Source: Lobosporangium transversale (lineage: Eukaryota). From it: a stretch of DNA of 64,000 nucleotides. The position numbers were made by a program, and so were the translations under genes. Under the pieces are notes generated by a model. That model was given only the letters and a program-made list of their open reading frames with translations. It searched no databases and was not told the DNA's origin. The DNA lies in contig NW_019028981.1 of NCBI RefSeq assembly GCF_002105155.1, positions 1,364,001 through 1,428,000 of the forward strand, given 5' to 3'. Of this stretch, positions 1-10,918 are shown piece after piece. How positions within the stretch are numbered: position 1 is the stretch's first letter; each line of letters begins with the position of its first letter.

Positions 1-32
1 TTGTAAGAAGGAACCTCAACGACTGGAATCTG

Positions 33-65
<33 letters not shown>

Positions 66-1054
66 GGTTAAAGAATATCCATATATAATAAAAGTTGGAG
101 ATAGTCCTTACTCCTACAAAGCTGAGCAATGCATTTGAGAAACTTTACCCAGGCAAGGGCTTAATCTTTTCACCCTTCTTGAACATGACAGCTCCCCCAA
201 GTGTGCTAACTGTGTTATCGATTCCACTTGGATTCCCATGGATCACCTTCTCTGCTTGAAATGCCCATTGATTCACCAAATCGCGTTGCTCTGCCACTGT
301 CCATCCCGCTGTTATTGATGATGACAAATGTCCATTCAGTTGAAGTAAGGCGGTCGCTAAACAAACGCTGTATGATGCAGATGAACCCAGACCTGCTCCC
401 ACAGGAAGATCCGATCGTACACTAAAGTCGTATCCAGAACTGGCAATCTCATCCGTCGAAAGGTATGAATGAAGGTATAAAAGTGCAACGGCTGCATGAG
501 ATCTGTTCGTATGCTCTGCCAAGTCCACAAACTTTGTCAATTGATCCACAAGTTCGGTATTCATGGTCGAAGGAGGATAAGGGTATCCTTTTTAATAATG
601 GTTATTGATCGTCAAGGAATAGAAAAGAATCTCAATGAGACATTAGTGATGGTTTGGACGAGTTATGGGAAGAGTAACGCCTTTTTTTTTTATTACTTCG
701 CACTGTCCTGATCCAATTGAGGGATATAGTTACCTTCCCACCGCGCTTGACGTGGAATATCACTTGATCGCCATGTCCTGACAAGTTGCACATCTGGGAA
801 ATTCACTTCAATAGCACCGTCTGTCCTTTCTTGAACCAGATTGTAGGATCGTAGACCCAAAGAACCAGCGGTTGCCACCTTTATTTTTATTTTTATATTT
901 CATTTTCACAATAAGGGACAACGTTAGATGACTGTTTCAGGGTCGCACAGACATATTTGGCCTGAGAGAGTTCGATGAGTACCTTGCTGTAGACTACAGC
1001 GTGCTCGCCAAACAAGATGACCTTGCCAGGTGCAGATGTAAAGTAAGACGGCAT
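1..1054 (-). CDS. ERG12: Mevalonate kinase, multi-exon, 3' end runs off the window
   Basis: Exons 1054-983 (MPSYFTSAPGKVILFGEHAVVYSK), 878-734, 587-149 and 29-1 join in frame at GT-AG sites. GHMP motif LPVGAGLGSSA and HGNPSGIDN are present. Confidence 0.93.
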
Positions 1055-1687
1055 GAGGCAGTAAGAAGTATTGAATTACGAGATGAGGAGAGATGAGTTG
1101 AGAGATGGGATTAAAAAAAAAAAAAAAAAAAAACGTTCGATATTTCATCCCATGGGGGTGACTGTCGCGATATGAATAGAATAGGAATGCAAATAGGTGG
1201 AGTTGTGAACGATGAAATAGATTCAAACATCATACGACAAGATAATGAAAGAGGATCCAATAGTATGCAATTACATGCACATGTACTCCGCTCAACCTCA
1301 ACTTTTTCCCATCAACAATCAGAAAAGACATTTAAACTACTTGCAGATGGATATGAAATTAGTTTTTATTGATACGTAAAAGGAAAAGAAACAGAATAAA
1401 AGTGAAAGTGAGGGTAAACTGTTAAACAATAAGGAAGCAATAGTAATGGCAGTAAATAACAAAGAAAAGAGATATGCTATGTGTTGTAATAAATGTCTTG
1501 GAAGAAAAGAGGAAAAAAAAAACTGAAAAGAAGAATGGCGTGAATGAGAGACAACAAAGTGCCAAAAACAAACATCACCCATCTTTTTTGGTATCTGCAC
1601 ATTCATACTCCATTTTCAATGTCATTCGTCCTGTTACTCTGCTTGCCCAACAAGGGAATTGCTCCGAGATAGAGTTGTCCTGTCACT

Positions 1688-3037
1688 TTATTCCCCTTTC
1701 GCCCTCTGTGCATCCAGAGCCATCTCTTCATAAGCATGCTCATCCGCACGACGAAGCTTGCCGACCTGCTTGCGAGCAGTCTTGTGATCCTCCATGGTGC
1801 GTCCAAGACGGGACTGAGGACCATAGCCTGGCTCGGTGATGAACTTCCAGTGAACAAGGAGCCATGAAGTATGGTAGGCCATAGAGTCATAGAACTCGGG
1901 TGCCATAGCACGGATTTGAGGTAGACGCGACCAAGCGACCTTGGTGACTACAATGAGAGAGACACAGGGATAACAAAAAGAAAGATTAGAATGAGTGTCT
2001 TAAGTCTTACACTATTGCAGTCTAGTGTGATAATTTGAAATGGGCTGATGTCTAAAAAAAAAAAAAAAATAACGAATCAAATTCATCCCGGGAAAAGAAA
2101 AGTAAACATACAAAGTTAAAAATTACTTACAGTCGTGGTGCTCCATGTGGAGACCAATGTTCATGTAGGGTTTGTTGAGGATACCGTAGTAAGAGTAGGT
2201 CTCCTGGCCATCATCAAAGGTATAGTGCTCCTGAATGAAATGAGCTGCGCCAGGGTGAAGACCGTATCCGAACCAGAGCGAAGCAAACAGATAGAGCAAT
2301 CCACGTAGTCCACAGTATTTGGCCACAAGTGCATCAGTGCAGACAGTAAAGATGATGTTATAGATCTCCCAGGTCGAGGGCTTCTTCTTCATTGCTGCAC
2401 CACGGACAACGTACATCACAGGGTAGATGAACAGCCAAAGGAGCTTGAGTGCTGCATTGCCACGAATCATCTTCTTTTCCCATTCAAGAGGAAGATCAGG
2501 ATCCATTCCGGTGACACCCTGATAAGTGTGATGTTCCAAATGGTAGCGACGGAAGGAAGCATAGATCGGTACAGGAATACCAATGTTGGCTGTGAGACCA
2601 ACAAGCTTGTTCAAGAACACAGTGGGTGCAGCATGATTATGAGTGGCCTCATGGATCAGGACACCGTACAATGCTGTGATGGATCCTCCAACGATATATG
2701 AAAAGGCGATGAATCCCCAAGTGGTCTCTGTCCAGACCTTGCCAAAGAGATATGCAAAATAGACCTGAGCAGCAGCAGCGAGGATGGTGATGAGGGATGT
2801 TCTAGAGTCATGACCATAAAGAGATTCAATCTCTGGATGCTTCTTGAGGATAGCCAACTTGCGTTTCATATGAGGCTCATCCATGTTATCCATGGCTAGG
2901 TCATCATCTACACGAGGATCCGACTTTTTCCAATCACCCAAGTACAAAGGGAAACGCTTATCGAGAGCCTTGGGATCAGTGGGCAACTGCTCCTCATATT
3001 TTGCCCGCTGGTTGACTGTGGGCGATGGGTTGGACAT
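1688..3037 (-). CDS. DES1: Sphingolipid delta-4 desaturase (DES1/DEGS family), 2 exons
   Basis: N-terminal EPHxxR..ILKKHPEI motif and His boxes HEATH, HLEHH and HMEHHD. Intron 2130-1948 restores HHDFTKVAWSRLP. Confidence 0.9.
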
Positions 3038-4273
3038 GATGAAAGATGAGATGAGAACTAGGATGAATGGAAAGGACGGAGATGACCAGATGAGAAGGAG
3101 GAAGATGAGAAAAAGAAGAAGAGAGAGAAAGGAACACAACTAATATTAATTTTATATTTTACAAAAAAAGCGTTGGACACACATTGCTTTGATATGTGAA
3201 CTAGGAACCCTTCCCCCTGAGTCCTCCATTCAAAAATAACATTCCATTGCACATCTAGACACAGGGCAACCAATGAGAGAGTTTCTCATTCCCATCGACC
3301 ACTCTTATCTGCCCTATCTGTCGATTCTCTGTCTATTCTGCCTATTCTGCCTATTTTGCCTATTTTGTCTGTTCTATGGTATCACTTCCTATTTGACATC
3401 TTAAACTGGTCCACTTTCATCTTTTGTTCATACCATCCAGGAACCAGATCAACCACTCGGTTAATTTATTTTTATATTTACTGGTTGAAGTCACCTCCAG
3501 CTTATCAGATTCTAATGCTTGTCACATGAACACAGCCATTTTGCATCAAATCGCGTTCATTTTTCACACCTTCACCTTGCTCTACTTGTTCTACTTGGTC
3601 TACATATCCCAACTTCATCGAAAAGCCCTTGAACTTCTCCTCCTGACTTGAGCACAAATAACAAATAGATCTTTTCAGCTGTCTCTACCAGATACAAGGG
3701 TAGAAAAATAGTCAAAAGGACAAAGACAGGGATTGGAAGAGTCAAAGGTCACTTTCTAGATGTATTGCTTCGCTGCCTCTATACTTCTGCAACTCTCCTC
3801 CTCCGACCAAAGTACTAGAGACAAAGATAGATAGTGTCGTCAACGAGATCGAGCATGATTAAGTGGACAAACACAAATATAGAAAAAGCATGAAAAGTCG
3901 CTGGTTCAAGCTTTATATTTCTGCGCACAAGGAGTTTCCTAAGAGGATGGCAAACGCGCACCATCAATTGATTTCTCAAGTGCAATGTACTGAATATGAC
4001 AATGCTTTTCGTTTCAATGATTCAGAGCGCGCTTCTATACCTCCAATCCATTAAAGAGGGGTATTACGGTGGACTACAATAGATGCAAATTCATTCGAGG
4101 AAACATTTTCATGTCCACTCAGGCTATTTCATCCTCAGCAAAAGATCGCGAACGGACAGTGGTCAACCTTCATCATTGGCGAGGTTGAAAAAGAAAAAGG
4201 GGTCAGTGCACCTTGCTCAAAAAAAGACAAAGAAACCATTCATCCTCTCTTCATCCATCGAGCAATTGCCGAA

Positions 4274-6432
4274 ATGACGCAGCATCAATACCAGCAATTC
4301 CGAAAGGACGGCATTATTGAACACGTTTGTGTTAGAATTGTCTCCACTTCTGCAAGCAATGGTGGCCCATCCTGCTATGTGACCTTGCAAGATATTCGAG
4401 ACGTGTTTCCAAACGCACAACGATTCAAGCTAGACGGACTTCCTATCCCGTTCCTTGTAGACTCTAGTGGCAGCAGGTATATATTGATTATGGCACGCCT
4501 TATCAACTTCAAGTATCTCTGGAAGGAAAAAGAAATGAAGGAATTCAATTTGGAATATATCTTCTTAGAATCGAACCGCTGCGCATTGCGTTCTATCCTT
4601 ACAAGGTTCTGGATGTAATTGCAGAAGAACCACAGCTCAGTAACGCTAACAGCGGTAGCACTGCTGGCATTTGTTTGCCCACATCGGGGAGGTCGGCAAA
4701 TCTCGACAGACTTACTACTCTTCAAAAGCATACTCATGCTATCCTCATCCAGAATTTAGAGCTTCATGATTGTACAATCCCTCGACTATTCATAATGTTG
4801 CCTGTCGACCACACCAATTGGGACCCGTTGAACATCCTGAAGAACAAGCTCCGCCTTCATTTTCTATGCGAATGTGGGGGCTATACTGCAAACACGAGCG
4901 AGAGCAGCCAGAACCAAATCCATATTGCCAAGCACGACGGATATGAAGTCCGAAACAGCATAGAGTTCTTTCGCAAATATGGGAAACGCATGCTCATCCT
5001 CTTACAATGGCTTAAAGTAGCAATACCCTCATCTGCTTCCCTGGCACCGGTCCCACATCTGGTCGATGCCGGCATTGATTATTCAATTGACTATATAGAG
5101 GCGCTCTCTAAGGAGAATCTGACCTTGAACAACATCAACAAAATCGATGACTATGAACCACTTGAAGGAGCCGATCCACAACAACTACTCTCATTCCTCC
5201 GAACCAACGATGAGGATGAGCGACTTGGCAACTTGTACAAGATCATGACCGAAACAGGCCGTGTTAAATGGATTTGTGTCGACCACTATCGTTTGGCATA
5301 TAAAGAAGAGGAACAAAAGGCATTTGAAGGTGTAGTGGGGGAGAATAGAGGCAACTATGACTTACACCTTGGTAAAGTGATGATCATATTGAGATCCAAA
5401 GTCAGAGCTGAGGAATTTTTTACTGCCCTGGCGAATGTAAGACATGTTTACGAGCTGGATATCACATTCGACTGGGATTGGACCGTGAATGAGCTTGAAG
5501 CATTCGAGAGTGCTTTGAAAGTGTCAAGCATATCGGTTCTTCGGCTTGATATTGGTCGGTTTCAAAAAAGTATCAATGGGGAAGTGCTTTCAACGTCTAG
5601 GCAATATGACGCACTTGTTCGTATCATAAAACTCAACAATATGAAAACGATTCATATTACTCTATCGCCGGATCTCATAAAACTCCCCAGCCTACGACCC
5701 AAACAATCGTCACAACTTCATAAGTTATCCTTTGGGATGAGTTTTCGATCGATTGGAGCCAGTGAATTACTATTAATTGTAAATTCACTAAAGAAGAACA
5801 TGGCTTTAACCACACTGGCCTTGAACGACAATTCAATTCGGAATGAAGGAGCTCTAGCACTGTCAGAAGCGCTCAAAAATAATACAGTTTTGACTACTTT
5901 GGACCTGAGTAACAACTCAATTGATGAATATGGGGCTGCGGCATTATCAGAGGCACTCAAGACCAACACAATGTTGACTACTTTGAATTTATGTGGCAGC
6001 CTAATTGGAGATGCAGGAGCTCAGGCACTCTCAGAGGCGCTTAAAGTTAACACCACTTTGACTACTTTGGACTTGAGTGACATCAATAATTTCGCGTCAT
6101 GGATTTTCAGAATTGAGGACCGAGGAACCTTAGCACTGTCAGAGGCACTCAAGGTCAACACGGCTCTGACCACCTTGAGATTGAGGGGCAACTTTATTGG
6201 AAATGAAGGGGCTCTTGCATTATCAGAAGCACTCAAGATTAACAAGACTTTGGCCACCTTGGACTTGGAGAGAACCTTGGTTGGGGAGGAAGGAGCTCTG
6301 GCATTATTAGAGGCGCTCAAGATTAACACTACTTTAACCACTTTGGAAGTAGATAGAGAGAAAATCGGGGCTAGAAGAGCTTCGGCATTATCAGAGGCAC
6401 TCGAGGCTAACGCAGCATTGACTTTTTATTGA
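4274..6432 (+). CDS. RNI-like leucine-rich-repeat protein of an expanded Mortierellaceae-type family (~688 aa), 2 exons
   Basis: Exon 4274-4476 splices (GT-AG) to 4569, giving RIEPLRIAFYP in frame with ORF 4675-6432. Central IPRLFIMLP..LHFLCECG..HDGY domain; about eight 28-aa repeats ALSEALKxNTTLTTLxL..N.IG.EGA. Confidence 0.85.
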
Positions 6433-6588
6433 TATGGGCGTTGCACCCGATAACTAGGGGCCCCGGGGACTGTTAGAGACGCTCGATATTGGTTGATCGA
6501 CTCTGGTTTATTTGATGGCTGAAATAATATTCAAGGAAAAAGCTCAACTTAAATAAAAAAAATAAAAAAAATAAAAAAAATAAAAAAA

Positions 6589-6709
6589 GCTTGCGGCGGC
6601 TTAGTAGTCATAGTGATGTTGCTTTTTGATCTTTAGATGTCGGTCCTATCTCCCCTTGCAGTGCGATCCTCGTATCTCGGCGTTGTTGAAAGTTCATTCT
6701 TTCCAATAG
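6589..6709 (+). pseudogene. Degenerate fragment of 28S/LSU rRNA (peptidyl-transferase region)
   Basis: GCTTGCGGCGGCTTAGTAGTCATAGTGATGTTGCTTTTTGATCTTTAGATGTCGG-TCCTATC resembles the recalled eukaryotic LSU segment GCTTGTGGCAG..AAGCGTTCATAGCGAC.TTGCTTTTTGAT.CTTCGATGTCGGCTCTTCCTATC. Similarity fades after ~70 nt. Confidence 0.6.
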
Positions 6710-6779
6710 TACGACATTTCATTTAAATTCAAATGAAAGACTAATGTACAGCTTTCTACAATAATAAAGGCTCTTGCTT

Positions 6780-7047
6780 GTGATCTCTATCCATGGGAAC
6801 GGGAAGCTGTCAAGACAGTGTATCCAAAGGGCTCTGGATTTCCATCACTTCAGCTCAGATGGTCCTGAGAAATAGTAGGGGAAGTATTGCGCCAAAGGTG
6901 TCGGGGTCGATCCATGATAGTCGCTAGTGGAGCCAGAGCGTACTTCGCTCATCAATTGGCAGCAAGGATCTTACTCTACATTAAGGCCAATGGCTTGTGG
7001 AATCGACTGAAGGAGTGTTTCTAGCGTGGTGTGCCGCCAGAGGTATT

Positions 7048-7079
<32 letters not shown>

Positions 7080-7461
7080 AATTGAGCCCAATGAAACTTG
7101 ATTGCTCCTCGCAGGGATCGCTACGTGCATGGCAAATCAGCAAGCAGGGTCTGCAGGAGATACTGTGGCACTTACGCGCTCCATAAGCGACCACTCTAAG
7201 AGAACGACACTGAGGAACCCATTGACAAGGTGCAAGACAATGAGTTTGACCGCTATTTCCGGGTTTCCACGAAAAAACAAGATGGTTGGCCTCCTGGATC
7301 GGTGCAAAGCAGTCCTTCACTATACGCAAGCATGTCAACACTATTCCAGCAACCTCAGTCGCTTCCGAGCAGATGCTTAGCATATACTGTAATGTGGTCT
7401 TAACAAGAGGATAAGGCTTTCCACCCTTGTGCTCTGCAGCTATGCTATGATGAATCCTTGA
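6780..7461 (+). pseudogene. hAT transposase remnant (C-terminal dimerisation domain)
   Basis: Frameshifted fragments NEFDRYF (7239), IPATSVASEQMLS (7343-7381) and KRIRLS match the hATC pattern E.DRY..IPATS..SER.FS....R.RL. Multiple stops. Confidence 0.7.
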
Positions 7462-7504
7462 TTACAAGCAATAAAAATAATGTCAGGGTCTGGCACCTGA
7501 GGAG

Positions 7505-8220
7505 ATGGGAAATAGGATGGAGCAATGGTTTCGTCTCCTCGCATTGAGTTGCCTTTGGTATGTGCTTCCATAAACCCCAAAGCCGAGATGTCTTTTTATG
7601 TGATCGTAAGTTGCTCCTTGTTTATTATATCCTACAATTGTCACATCTTCTTTAAGTGGCTCGGGAGTACTGTTACTACATTTGGATAGAGAGGATGTAA
7701 TTTCTACTCTTACCGCAGCACGAACGGCCGTCTCCCGAAGAAAAAAAGTTGACGCATAAATGTCGTGAGGAGCCCCATTCAAAAGCCGCTGATCATGCTC
7801 AAACCCTCCTGGATGCCTTACAAGAACGGTTTGAAAAAAAGCTCAGAGTACAAAAGCGCCATTTTGTCAACATTAGCAAGAAGATAAATACTGCCTTCCA
7901 CTGGGAAACGGATTCTCGCTGGCTTTGCTAAGTACATGAGATCTAAAAATTGAAACGTTCAAGAATTCAAGAATGCCCTTATGAAGCTACTTTGCAATTA
8001 CTAGTGACTGTTTCCCTGGCGACATTATTGTATCGGCAGACAGCGACATGCTAGCATATAACGATATAATGACCAGCTGGCGGCCCATGTTTAGGTATAA
8101 AGGCTATATCTATCACGTCCCGACCATGTGAGGCCACTTGGGCATCTCAAGGGAACAGTTGACCGCGCTGTGAATTGTCTCGAAAAAAACTACAATTATA
8201 ACATCGCACAAATGGGGTTC
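7505..8220 (+). pseudogene. XPG/FEN1-like PIN (5' flap-type) nuclease domain remnant
   Basis: NG..EEKKLTH..R (DG..P.EK-like motif), ECPYEA(D)FAI at 7971, DIIVSADSDMLAY (DSD at 8039-8047) and an H3TH-like LGISREQLTAL*IVSK(ND)YNYNIAQMG. Disrupted by stops and frameshifts; the 5' boundary is uncertain. Confidence 0.75.
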
Positions 8221-8246
8221 ACCGCCTTCGGGGATGTCAACCAAAA

Positions 8247-8545
8247 AACATCAAGATTTTGGGCCTTAACTTCGGTCAAGCGTGTATAATTGGTGCCGGT
8301 GCTTTGTTGCCAAGTCATGGGAGCGCCAATGGCACAGCCACACAACCCAAGTTCTATAATCTGACTATCAAGCAAAAGGCGGTGTATCGCCAATCGTTTA
8401 CTCAAGATAGTGAATGGTCCAGTTGAGGCAAAAAGAAAAGAGGCCGACAAGGCTGTGGTTGCTGTAGGTCTGGGAAAGTTTTCTTCCAATACCAGGCTTT
8501 CTTCCTTACATGAGCCGCTCCAATTTTACTTCATTCAAATAGTAA

Positions 8546-8580
<35 letters not shown>

Positions 8581-8956
8581 GTTTTCTTACCTTATAGCCG
8601 ATATTAATACATCGACACTTCTTCTAGGCCAAATCCCTTGGATAGTGGGAGCGAATATTATACTTTTAAGAAGCGCCCGCCCGAGCTGCGAAGAATTTGT
8701 AGGACAAGTTGATATTCACCGGCTCTATTGTTCCAAGTGCAAGGCTTTTATGCACAGGGTTGTGATGACTAGCCACAACATAGCTAACGTCGTCCGCGGT
8801 CATCTAATACACCAGCAGCGACCCCTCTACCTTGAGCTGATAGACAAGGATAGAGCATATCCATGAATGAAAGACCATTGCTCAGTGTACGCCAAACGTC
8901 AAGCACCCTTCAAGGCTGAGGAGGAATCAAGGAGCCGTAAGAAAATCCACTTATAG
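8247..8956 (+). pseudogene. Fanzor/TnpB-like RuvC + zinc-finger nuclease remnant with a spliceosomal intron
   Basis: RuvC-I IKILGL(N)FGQ (8250-8279); VAVGLGKF..RLSSLHE..YFIQI | intron 8542-8627 (GTAAGT..TTCTAG) | AKSLG..VG..EYYTxKK(R)PSC (RuvC-II Glu at 8653); CSKC (8729-8740); MHR(V)VMTSHN (RuvC-III). A basic tail ends at TAG 8954-8956. Confidence 0.8.
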
Positions 8957-9060
8957 TTCTTAAATTAGTGAGTCTAAAAAATATGCGTATTAGCAAATAC
9001 GTTTAGACTAGGTCACAGTCACGCCTATGACGTATTTAAGAGAGGTTTGTGCTGTACTTC
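8957..9060 (+). ncRNA. Candidate omegaRNA scaffold (nested stem-loops) immediately 3' of the Fanzor-like ORF
   Basis: Exact complementary arms TCTTAAAT 8958-8965/9034-9041, AGTCTAAA 8971-8978/9002-9009, CGTATT 8986-8991/8996-9001 and GTCA 9018-9021/9028-9031. The position fits TnpB/Fanzor guide loci. Confidence 0.45.
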
Positions 9061-9084
9061 GCCAGCTAACTCGGTTTATTATTA

Positions 9085-10483
9085 TTACAGGAGGGTGTCT
9101 ACATTCATAGATGTATCGTTATCATCAACAGGAATAGGGGTGCCTACTTCAGACCTTGGCGGTAGTGTAGGCGAAGGTTGGTAGCCTATTCTAGGTGTCC
9201 CCGCTGGTGTAATACCTAAAGAGTCTGTTGAGTGAGTACGGTGGAGACCCATCCTGAAGGAACCTTCTTCTCCCGATTGTCCTATCGTCCCATTGGTAAG
9301 TGTATTCGTCGGTCCTAAAGCAGGACTTTGTGATCCAATGCTGCTATTACTGCCCTTGCCTGATCCACCCAAGGACAATGAGTGCTGCATTTCATTCACA
9401 ATAACAGATATCGTTGAGGCGGGTCTGGGTGTAGTTGTACCTCTAGTAGTGGCTCCATCACCCGCACCATTGCTGTGAGCACCATTACCACCTCCATCAC
9501 CTTCTACGTCCGCTGTGACATCTAAGCTTCCTTCTTCAGCATGTGCAAAACCATCCTCCTGTTGGTCCTCCTCCTCATCATCCTCCGGATGTGTCCTCTT
9601 CAAATAAAGTCTCCTCTGTTCTTCCTGTTGATCCTCTTCGATCGAATCATGAATATTCTGAAGACATGAAAATGCATCATAGAACTGTTTCTTCCTCAAC
9701 TCCATAACAAGCCCCTGTCGAACAGCTTCATCTTCTAACTCTTGGATCTCGGATTGTAGAGTAGCAATGCTCTCCTGATTAGATTGTCGACTAGGAAAGC
9801 GTGAAACCTCGGTCGCTAACTGATCATAGAGGATTTTGTTGGCACGTTCTTGCTTGGCTTCCTCAAGCTCTCTCGTCAAGACTTCGAGTTCTTTTTCTGA
9901 TCGTGCAATATTTTCTTCTGTCCGTTGTTGTGATTGTTCATAACTGAGTCGTTCCCGTTCTGCCATCTCTGCTACAAGCTGTGTCTTGGAGATTGAGAGC
10001 TCAAAGTAGGTTACTTCATGCAATAAACTCTGAAGTTCCCTTTCACTGTTTTTATAAAAGAAAAAAAAAAAAAAAGGTTTTTTTTGAGATTACGATGATA
10101 ATACAGAGCGAGTATGGTTGCAAAAGAACGTGTCTTTCTTTTATTTTTTTATTTTTGCTTCTTTACAATCAACATTATTACATTCTCTTACATGTCTTCA
10201 TTTGTACCAACAGACAAAGCTTGACACCATTTATGAAAGCGAGTTGTTAATATCCTAAGAGGCCTCTCATTGACGTTCAATCGCGCCCTGATTATATCTT
10301 TTCCATATATCAGCCAACAGTGAAGTAGGATTGTAAAAATAATGAATAATTGTACAGATCAGCCTATTGCCATTATACCGATATTTTTATCCATGAACAT
10401 GTCTCCCTTAAAGTGTATTTCGAAAGTGGAGGAAAAAATAATACACTAAAGATGGATGGACAAAACCTACCTTCGTGGTCCAT
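9085..10483 (-). CDS. THOC7: THO complex subunit 7 (Thoc7/Mft1 family), 3 exons
   Basis: Exon 1 MDHE (10483-10471), exon 2 DIIRARLNVNERPLRILTTRF, then a coiled-coil ORF with AKQERANKILYDQLA..PSR and LRKKQF. Confidence 0.85.
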
Positions 10484-10648
10484 GACTAAGGTTTAATGAA
10501 AGTAAATGGTATTGTCAATTAGAGGCGCTACAAGAATGCTGATCGCCTTGTGCGGAGCAAAAAAAAAAAAAAAAAAAAAAAAACTTCAGAGGTAATATGG
10601 ATGGAACGTTTAAACAAGAAAAGTGCATCTGTTTCTGTTCGTTAATGG

Positions 10649-10660
10649 AATCACGTGCAC
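10649..10660. promoter_or_regulatory. Extended E-box (AATCACGTGCAC) in the THOC7/UTP5 bidirectional promoter
   Basis: Reverse complement of the identical 12-mer GTGCACGTGATT at 22124-22135. Confidence 0.5.
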
Positions 10661-10918
10661 TGTGCCAGATCAAGTCGCGAGGGAAAGTGGCTTTTGTTTA
10701 TTGAGCCAATCGCTTTGCTTTTTTTTTTTTTTTTTTTTTTTTTTCCCCTCCTATAGCCCTATTGCTTGAAAACATAGTCTTGGGTAGTCAGGTCTTCTAC
10801 CTTCACCTTTGACTTTGCTCTGTAAATCCTTCACCTACTCTCCAGTCCCATTCTCTTCTTCTTCTTCTTTTTTTTTTTATTCTACTGTTCAACAAAAAAG
10901 TCAATTTCATAAACAACC

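Noticed and set aside
5800..6420. Regular ~84-bp repeats that could suggest a CRISPR-like array
   Set aside because: They are in-frame 28-aa LRR coding repeats with no constant repeat/unique spacer pattern.
7021..8489. Track ORFs 7021-7383(-), 7102-7380(+), 7483-7782(-), 8196-8489(-)
   Set aside because: These are off-frame or antisense shadows of the decayed hAT/XPG/Fanzor coding sequence.
6700..9060. Terminal inverted repeats and TSD for the hAT/Fanzor relic
   Set aside because: Only weak TACAGC-type matches (6747 versus the reverse complement near 9050) and no convincing 8-bp TSD; element ends are left undefined.
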